Assembly (NCBI GenBank): GCA_964035545.1
Contig: OZ037771.1
Span: 8,735,408 to 8,799,407, forward strand
Length of the DNA: 64,000 bases
Source: Bugula neritina
Taxonomy: Eukaryota; Animalia; Bryozoa
Direction: 5' to 3'
Shown: in pieces, positions 54,236 through 64,000 of the stretch
How positions within the stretch are numbered: the first letter of the stretch is position 1
Layout of the letters: each line of letters starts with the position of its first letter
The notes under the pieces: generated by a model
Seen by the model: only the letters and a program-made list of their open reading frames with translations
Databases searched by the model: none
What the model was told of the DNA's origin: nothing
Position numbers and translations under genes: made by a program

Positions 54236-57133
54236 CTTGAGAACACTTCAGATATATGTGTAGCACCTGTCATTATTACTAACTGTTCATTCTAAACATA
54301 GAAGTTGCTCCCAGTACAGCTACATAGAGACATTGGGTACTTTTTGGGGTTCTGATTTTATACTTCAATGTTACAGAACCTCACAAGTGGGGTTTTTGCA
54401 ATTGAATACGTAGTTTCTCAGCTTGATATGCCGTAATATTACGACTTGTGTCACATAAGCCAATATATGCAACTATCTATCTTTTGCTATAGTTGCATGA
54501 TATTTGTAATAAACAGTCACATTTTCCTATTGAATACTTGTAAATAATAGAAGGAAAAAAGTTTTAAATTGATTTTTTACTGTATCATGTGCTATTGTAT
54601 TATTTCTCATGTGTACTTTAAAATACAGGTGGTAGCTAAACTATCTTTTTATAACAAGCATATGATGATTATAATTACAATAAATACATGTAAAATTTTG
54701 ATTGGCTGGTTAGCTCTAGTTACAATCAAAAGAATTGAGCCTAGGTTAAGAAAACAGTATAGTACCTTACAGGAGCAGTTTACTTAATTTTCTTATTGAA
54801 TTTGTAATTTGTTGTATCTAGAAGTTATGAAAGCTAATTAAACCATTAAGATGGTCATTACAAGACATGGATTCACCTATATATAGTACGCTTTTCTACA
54901 ACTGTTGATAATCATGCGCAACCCAGTCCCCTGCATGCTTTTTTGCCATGTTCCACTTTCTTTCAGATACTTTCATAATCGCAAAACTTTAGTTTAGGAA
55001 AGTGAAAAAAACATGTATGATCATCTGCTTATTTTTTTGTATTATAAAATATATAAACTGCATGAAAAACTTTTTGATGCTCAACTACTTCAAACAAAAT
55101 TTAAGGAAAACAACTCCAGATATAATAAAAGGTTTGAGGAGCTTTTGTGGCTAACTGGGTGACCAGAAGAGGCTAAAGTCTGGTTTCCAAACTTTTCAGG
55201 GCGAGGGCCTCTGATAGGGAAGGCCACAGCAAAAGTAGTTTTCAAATAACTTTATTGCAAATTTCTATAAAGATTTACATAGTGAAGTCCCATCATTACC
55301 TAATTACTGCAGGATGCATATATATATATATATCCATATATATCTATAGTTTTCAAAGATTGATAAGGACTTTTAAACCTTTCAAATTTGTGTGGCTCGC
55401 CTTGGATTGTAATCAATGAAAGGCGAATGGAGGTTACGTTTAAACTATTAGGAATCATGGGAAGTCAATGCATGATAACCTATTCAAGCATCATTCTGTC
55501 TTTCCATGGATCGATCTCTTGTTCGTCTGGGAAAATTGTGCAATTTTGTGTTTTACTGATTTTGTATTTTTGGGTTGTCTGTTCACCCATTTGCAAGCTC
55601 ACATGTAAAAAGGGTTTTACAAGATACGCTGTTACTCAATAAATATGATTATAGCTGCATTATGATTAAATAAAAATTCATGTGTCTGTTGAACAAAGTC
55701 AAATGATTACACTTTTACATGTTGTTTTAGCTTGTCTAGTAGCAGTGGAGTGTGGGTACTATCATTATTTCTGTTTTATAACCCTTTTAGTTTATGCTTG
55801 TAAATAAGCAGTCTCTTCACGTCAGATTGTAATTTGAAATATTAATATACTTATACTTAGAGTTAGAGCATTAGCTGTGACTTCACTCTTCAGACTTTCA
55901 CTTGGTCTTGTGAGACCGAGTGTCACTGAGAGTGAGTGTCAGTGTGTCTCAGTCTCGTCTGAGTCTTTGTGTGTAGCATTAACATTAACAGTAACTGTAA
56001 CAGTAGCAATGAATAACAGTATTTGTAAGTGAATCTGAATGTGATGACATAATCATAATCATAATGATAAACAGATAAACTTAAACTTAAAGTGATAAAT
56101 GGTAACTCATTATGATTAAGTTCAAGTTTAACTATTATTATTAATTGATATTAATATTATTAACTTTAAGTAACTCAAACTGTAACTTGTAAGTGATTAT
56201 GATTATTATATTATAATTATAGTAATAATAATAATTATAATGATTATCATTATGAATAATTATTAGTATAAGTGTGTCTATAACTATAAGTACAAGCTTA
56301 AAGTTAAAGTTGAGCAGTAACTCATAGACATAAGATTAATTTTAAATGAGTTAAATTTCGTGAGCCAGGCTTAGAGTTAGCTAACTATAAGTGATGTTCT
56401 GGTTTAGTATAAGTATAATAATAATTACGTATATTTAAATTTAATGTTACATCAAATTATTAATATAAATTTGTACAATAATAGCTGTTATTAAATAATA
56501 AAAAAATAAGATTAAGGTGAACATAATCATAATGATAAAATCAGGATTAAGTTTAACTTTAACTATTAGTATTGGTCTATTACTATTATTATAAGCTAAC
56601 TTAGTCTTATAACATATACATTTATATCTATTATATTAATCTTGTCACAACTACAATAGGTACTGAATTTATTATTTTAAAGGGAAATTTGTGTTTTAGT
56701 TTAACAAAGGATAATTATCATGGTATTGATTCCATTGTCATTCTGATAGTAACTCACTTATATTAATTGCTAATTGTGATTGTTAATGTAATACTAACAG
56801 TATCTGGAAGTCATTGTTACTGAAGTATGAGTATTTAAATACTATATCATTTATCCATGTTAACTTCTAATTACATATTTTTTACTTCAAGGAATCTACC
56901 ACATCATGTAGAAAACCTTGAGTCACAGAAATAGAGTCTGAGTATTTTAGGTGCTGTAGTAATAAAACAATAAGCATATGTTCGATATTTTACTAGCTTT
57001 ACTTATCAGCAGTAGTGGTGAAATTGATATAGCCTAAGCCCTAAGTCCTTCAATTTTATTATTAACTTTCGGCTTGGGGCTAGTTAAAACTCTCGTGAGA
57101 GCATAACTTCTTATGCTACATTTCTAATCTAAA

Positions 57134-57185
57134 ACACAGGCTTCTCTCAATTTCTCTATTACTGCACCTACCTCCTGTTGTGTGG
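57134..57185 (+). repeat. Short dispersed repeat copy
   Basis: Shares the ctattactgcacc core and flanks with 2575-2620 and 13295-13335 (both reverse orientation). Confidence 0.5.
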
Positions 57186-58350
57186 AAATTGTAATTCTTA
57201 GCCTGGAAGGTGTGGATTTCTGAGTGCTCACAGTCTAAGTCACTGTAACTATAAATGTAGCAGCTCCACTCAGTAAAAGGAATGCAGCTTCATGCATCTA
57301 TAGTCAGTTATCACTCTACTCATGGGTTTAGTTATGATATTGGTATTATTTGTTATTAAAATGGTATTTTCATAGTATTGGAGATAAAACTAAATAAAAT
57401 AAAATTTAAAATAAATTTCTGCTCCTAAAACTGAACATAAAAAAATTAATTTATTGTCTTTATTCAATATGGTCTACATTCCACTGATAATTGTTTTGTA
57501 TAGATTTTAATATCTGTTGAGACTCATAACTGTGGTGAAATTATGGTGCCTTATGACCAGAAGATGATCATATCTGTCGTATAATATTGATTCTTAGGCT
57601 TATTAATTCACTTCTATTCCATGCTATGATTTTAAGTGGTTGATTACATTAATTCTCTTTGTGATCCTAAACCTAATAAGAAAAATTAATAAATAAGTGT
57701 GGTTGACACAATTTTTTTTCATTCATAAGGTTAAAAATTGCCATAGGTGTTCTGAGTTTGTTTCAGCAACTTGTTTGTTTATTTGAGATATCAGTAAATA
57801 ATTGTTGCTTGGTATTAATTTAAATAAAATATATAATACTGTATAGTTTTTTAAGTTATTAGTAGATATATTTTTACTATATCTATGATACTATATCTAT
57901 ATAATACACAAAAATAATTACTTTGCTTAATTTTATGTTGAGTTTTTGAAATTGGTTTTAAAAACAAAGTTTATTGTTTTTTATTTCAAGCTTTTTCAAC
58001 ATAAATCAAGTTAAATACCTCTTAAGTTAATTTTGTTGCTTTTAACAAAGCAAATGTTTTCTTGCAGCTCTCTGTTTTGAAGCTATGTGCAAATAGTATT
58101 TCAACTATTTGAGAATTGTGCTCATAAACAAGTGTTGATGTTTGCACATTTATTATGTAATAAATGGTGGGTTTGAGCTATCCCCGCAGCGAGTTACGTA
58201 AGAAAAAGATATCAGGGTTGATATGTAGCTGAAATAGAAGACATCTTCATAACAATCATAATATATTATACTTATCGTACATCGGGTCATATCATTTTAC
58301 TAGGAGATGGTCAGGCAGTATAGTGTTTGTTGTTTGCTATTAGAGTAGCC

Positions 58351-61300
58351 ATGGCTCGTGAGGAAGTCTCACATCATACAGCTCCCAATTCTGATCAGGA
58401 AGATGAGGGAGAAAGTATGGAAATGGGTGCACAGTTGCCAGTGGAACTTGTTGTGGCTGATTCTCTACCACAGATTCCCTCTTTAGGGGTGATGAACTTG
58501 CAACCAACTGCTTCTACACCTTCACATCACGTAATACCTGCTATATTGATATTGATATTAAATTTTACTAACTACTACTTACTTTTCTAATATTATCTTT
58601 TAATAAAATTGGCTCAAAGTTAAGTTTTTTTCATATGAAAAACCATTGCTTAATAAATTTTTTGAAATTTTTTTTTCATGTGTAAAAACGTATTCATGTT
58701 TTGTTACATTCAAGGAATTTTGTAGAGAAAGCCTTATGAGGTTTTTCTCTCTCACTCACTTGTCTCTAATCCACAGGTGGAAAATTCATTAGAAGGAAGA
58801 AAAGATATTGCCACTGCATCCTCATCACCTGGTGCCACTTCTGTAGCACCTGCCAGCACTGTTGAGGTACCTGCTCCATGTGACAGGTATTTTTTAACAA
58901 CTAATCATAGTCTTCTCTGTGTTAAAATGTGATACGTTGCCAATAGGTATTCCTGCTCTATTATTTGTGTATAAAAGTTTTTTGTTTTGTTAGTTGGTGC
59001 ATATGCAAGTATAAGGATTTTGTCATCTGTCTCTCATCCAGTCTAGTAGTGTATAGTATGTTATGTGATATTTTTTATGTTATTTATTCAATAAGCAGTT
59101 ATCTCCTCAATAAATTTAAATATATTTCGATGTCCTTGACATATCTGAAACTATGCTGCTGCTGTAGGCTAGAAGAGATGCTGCCTCAGATATCCAGCTC
59201 ATCTGCTGCTATATATCCTATTACCGAATCACTAACTGTAGATACTGGACACCAATGTTGTTCCCCAAACACTCGTAGACTTGGGTAAGCTGATAATGCT
59301 ACCCTTTGATAACTGCATGCACTGCATAGTAGCTTTACTTAGAATTAACTCCTTCAGTTATCTGTCTGGTGTCGGTCAGCAAAGCTGCAGAGAAAAGATG
59401 TTTTTAGATTATAATTGTAAGACAAGATGCTGGCCTTATTTATTCCACACTAGTTTTATTTGTAGTTTATATTCAATATACAGTTTAATCTTGTTTCACG
59501 GTTGTCGTGGAAACTATACATTGTAGACCATCACCGATCTCTTCTACACCTGGTTCACATGGTAGAAGAATGTCTATTATACCTTTGTCAAGCTTGTGTA
59601 GTGAGCATCCTATCAGCCATCCTGTTTCATTACAAGAGAACACATCACCTGACAATACCTTAGTAAGTATCGTCTGCTTCTAATTCTGTATAGTTATTGA
59701 TGCAGCAGAGGTAAGACAGGCGTAGTAACTGTAGCAGACGTAACTGTAGCAGACGTAGTAACTGTAGCAGACGTAACTGTAGCAGGCATAGTAACTGTAG
59801 CAGATGTAGTAACTGTAGCAGGCGTAGTAACTAGCAGGCGTAGTAGCGATGCTAGGGTTAATTAGTTTTCTTAGTTACTATAACGTGTTATCTCACCACT
59901 TTCTATTGTTTTTTGTTCAACAGGCTTATAAAAGAAAGTCAGAAATGATTGAGAAAGAGTTGTCGTCTCCTGGTAAACGAGTACGCGGCATGAGTGACAG
60001 TAATCTTAATATTCAGCTTCATAACAGTCCCAGCGCCTCTCATTATGGCCACTTCCACGTTTCACCCCAGACGCCATCAAGGTAGATGTGTGTGTGTGTG
60101 TGCGTGTGTACGTATGTGTGCATGTGTGTGTGTGGTATAGGAGCTATATTATAGGAGCTATATTATAGGAGCTATATTATAGGAGCTGATGGTGGAATAC
60201 AACTAAATACTCACAAGTGTGGGTAACTCCAACACAGCTGCAGCAAACTCTCAGTATTTTGTAATATCTAAAAGCTATTTCAATAGTGTGAATATTTATT
60301 AGACTTTAAAAACTGCTACCCTGTGTGTGGATTCGATGGTGTATTAAAGAAATAAAATAAAGACACAGTGGTTAAAAAGAAGACAGCACCTCATGGCTGT
60401 AGCAACTTGATTGTTAATACTGTATTATGCTGGTGTATTTTGGCTATTTGTGGCTGAGTGGCAAATGAGAAGTTTATCATAAAGCAAATTCGTAGATGCA
60501 CTTTTTATTACACTGCTTATGGTTGCTGTCTGTTAGTTTATCACCAACTGTACTCTTGTGCATTGGACAGAAGACGCAGCTCTTGTAAGGTGAGACCTCC
60601 TAGAAACATGGAGAGCTGGTTGCAGACGTTTGTGCTGTGGGACAGCACGGAGAAGACTTACGCTCTCAACCAGCTGATAGACAGGTGCGACACTGCTCAT
60701 GTCCGCCACATCATGGCCGTCATAGAGCCTCAGTTTCAAAGAGACTTCATATCTCTCCTTCCTAAAGAAGTATGTTCCCTTTCTGTTCATATTTCCAACT
60801 ATTTACTATGGGACTATATACTATGTGACTATATACTATGTGACTATATACTATGTGACTATATATTATGTGACTATGTACTATGTGACTATATACTATG
60901 TGACTATGGACTATGTGACTATATACTCTGTAACTATGTGACTATATACTATGTTATTATATACTATGTAAATATGTACTATGTGACTATATACTATGTA
61001 CTATGTGACTATATACTATGTGACTATGTACTATGTAACTATATACTATGTGACTATGTGACTATATACTATTTGACTATGTACTATGTGACTATATACT
61101 ATGTGACTATGTTACTATATACTATGTGACTATATACTATGTGACTATATACTATGTGACTATGTACTATGTGACTATATAATATGTGACTATGTACTAT
61201 GTGACTATGTACTATGTGACTATATACTATGTGACTATGTACTATGTGACTATATACTATGTGACTATATACTATGTGACTATATACTATGTTACTATAT

Positions 61301-64000
61301 ACTATGTGACTATGTACTATGTGACTATATACTATGTGACTATATACTATGTTACTATATACTATATACTATGTGACTATGTACTATGTGACTATGTACT
61401 ATGTGACTATATACTATGTGACTATGTACTATGTGACTATATACTATGTGACTATATACTATGTTACTATATACTATGTTACTATATACTATGTGACTAT
61501 ATACTATGTTACTATATACTATGTGACTATATACTATGTGACTATATACTATGTGACTACATACTATGTGACTATATACTATGTTACTATATACTATGTT
61601 ACTATATACTATGTTACTATATACTATGTGACTATATACTATGTTACTATATACTATGTGACTATATACTATGTTACTATATACTATGTGACTATATACT
61701 ATGTGACTATATACTATGTGACTATATACTATGTTACTATATACTATGTACTATGTGACTACATACTATGTGACTATATACTATGTGACTATATACTATG
61801 TTACTATATACTATGTGACTATATACTATGTGACTATATACTATGTGACTATATACTATGTGACTATATACTATGTACTATGTTACTATATACTATGTGA
61901 CTATATACTATGTGACTATATACTATGTGACTATATACTATGTGACTATGTACTATGTGACTATATAATATGTGACTATGTACTATGTGACTATGTACTA
62001 TGTGACTATATACTATGTGACTATGTACTATGTGACTATATACTATGTGACTATATACTATGTTACTATATACTATGTGACTATGTACTATGTGACTATA
62101 TACTATGTGACTATATACTATGTTACTATATACTATATACTATGTGACTATGTACTATGTGACTATGTACTATGTGACTATATACTATGTGACTATGTAC
62201 TATGTGACTATATACTATGTGACTATATACTATGTTACTATATACTATGTTACTATATACTATGTGACTATATACTATGTTACTATATACTATGTGACTA
62301 TATACTATGTGACTATATACTATGTGACTACATACTATGTGACTATATACTATGTTACTATATACTATGTTACTATATACTATGTGACTATATACTATGT
62401 TACTATATACTATGTGACTATATACTATGTTACTATATACTATGTGACTATATACTATGTGACTATATACTATGTTACTATATACTATGTACTATGTGAC
62501 TACATACTATGTGACTATATACTATGTTACTATATACTATGTTACTATATACTATGTTACTATATACTATGTTACTATATACTATGTGACTATATACTAT
62601 GTGAATATATATTATGTGACTATATACTATGTAACTATATACTATGTGACTATACTATGTTACTATATACTATGTTACTATATACCATGTGACTATGTGA
62701 CTATATACTATATGAATTTAAAACGCTCTTAGTTTTAACTGGTAGCTAGAAGTGCCTTGACTACATGGAAGACCAGTGTATCTGTATGACTGATGATGGT
62801 TGTATTATTTGTTTGCAGCTGGCCTTGTACGTTCTCTCCTTTCTAAACCCCAAAGATCTGCTTAGAGCTGGCCAAACCTGCCAGTACTGGAGGATGCTGG
62901 CAGAAGACACGCTGCTCTGGAAACAGAAGTGCAAGGAGAGCGGGGCTGACCTTGGTAACATTACTCTCTCTGAGCTGCTAGCTCCTAAACTTATGTCAAT
63001 GAGGCTATAAATGCGTGCAGTATAGTTCAGTTTAGTTCATTGATTCCCTGTTCCAGTATTTATAAAATATGGTTTTGCTTCTTTGTTCTTTGAGTATGTT
63101 TTGTATAGTTTCTTGAAACATATAGCTATCTATTTAGTCATTTTCAAATACCCACTGTATCACATATTTCTATTCACAATCTAATGTAGTAGTTGAGCAC
63201 AGAAAGTTTTTGAATTATTACCTAAATATAGAGTAGGCAACTCTCATAGTATGGGAATAATTCAACTAATAGGAATTATTTTCAAGTGTTGACTATGTTG
63301 AAGATGTGTTATTGATTCATATTAAGTTTTAGTTTGGTTTATGTATTTTATTTAAAAGGTTTGATATACAAGATGCAGCCAACTGCAAGAGCCAGTAGTC
63401 CTTGTCGTGTGTCTGGTGAGATGACCCCAACCCTGGAGGTGACCTCCGCAGATGACACCATAGACTGGAAGAGCATGTACTTGAGAACTCACACTATCGA
63501 GCACCACTGGAGGTGTGGTGAGGTCAAGCCTACTAAGGTACTTGAAGTTATGTGGTACTTGAAGTTATGTAATGGGTACTTGAAGTTATATTGGTACTTG
63601 AAGTTATGTAATGGGTACTTTAAGTTATATGGGTACTTAAAGTTATGTAATGGGTACTTGAAGTTATATTGGTACTTGAAGTTATATGGGTACTTGAAGT
63701 TATGTAATGGGTACTTGAAATTATATAATTGAAGTTTTATGTTTACATAATTTATTTTGTTTTAGTATCTTTATTAGTATATGCAGAGCTGATTTAGTTT
63801 GCTTTAAATAAGTTTTTGAATATTTTTGACTTGACTGCTGTAATAGATTGCGAGAAAACTTTTATATTTGTTGTTTGCATCGGCTTATCTCGTTTCCAAA
63901 TATGCTTGCAGGAAAATTTGTGGTAAAAACTTTACAATATGATAATTGTTGTTCAGCACAATATGATACAACAAGTATGTTACTGTAGACGCTGAGAGGT
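58351..64000 (+). CDS. FBXW7: F-box/WD repeat protein 7 (Fbw7/Archipelago/SEL-10), 5' part
   Basis: Phase-consistent exons 58351-58530, 58777-58886, 59168-59284, 59527-59662, 59924-60081, 60571-60769, 62819-62954, 63359-63537, 63989-(64000). D-domain/F-box VRHIMAVIEPQFQRDFISLLPKELALYVLSFLNPKDLLRAGQTCQYWRMLAEDTLLW; the last exon begins TLRG, as expected before the first WD40. The N-terminal exons are less certain. Confidence 0.92.
59718..59846. repeat. Minisatellite (gtagtaactgtagcagac)
   Basis: About 7 degenerate copies, intronic. Confidence 0.85.
60803..62712. repeat. 15-bp satellite, ~125 copies (ACTATGTGACTATAT)
   Basis: Fills the intron that splits the FBXW7 F-box. Confidence 0.98.
63538..63726 (+). 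repeat. 17-21 bp tandem repeat beginning with the splice donor (GTACTTGAAGTTAT..., 10 copies)
   Basis: First unit starts at the GT after exon 63359-63537. Confidence 0.92.

Noticed and set aside
60790-62732. YYVTI/CDYIL ORFs
   Set aside because: Translations of the intronic 15-bp satellite

Overview
AT-rich, intron-rich animal (probably invertebrate) genomic DNA; no prokaryotic operons or CRISPR arrays. Four spliced host genes could be assembled by hand with phase-consistent GT-AG junctions. (1) Minus strand: a signal-peptide, Cys-rich ectodomain gene of the Methuselah-like/adhesion-GPCR N-terminal type (15623 down to at least 892). (2) Minus strand: an uncharacterised WW + CxxC + three CUE/UBA-like + GP-repeat protein (45410-26195), whose last intron is almost entirely a ~10 kb 15-bp satellite. 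(3) A complete dyskerin gene, DKC1 (49256-54235, +). (4) The 5' half of FBXW7 (58351 to window end, +). Mobile DNA includes a young full-length but disabled Gypsy LTR retrotransposon (3262-10739: ATAT TSD, tRNA-Leu PBS, clear -1 frameshift signal), a BEL/Pao relic, a hAT relic with a nested TA-flanked TIR element, and a palindromic MITE. The most unusual pattern is that many introns carry their own tandem-repeat array starting at or just after the 5' splice donor, and two arrays read as tandem ACUAAC/UACUAAC motifs in the pre-mRNA. The 3000-aa ORFs in the ORF track are satellite artefacts. Coordinates were read by eye and may be off by a few bases.
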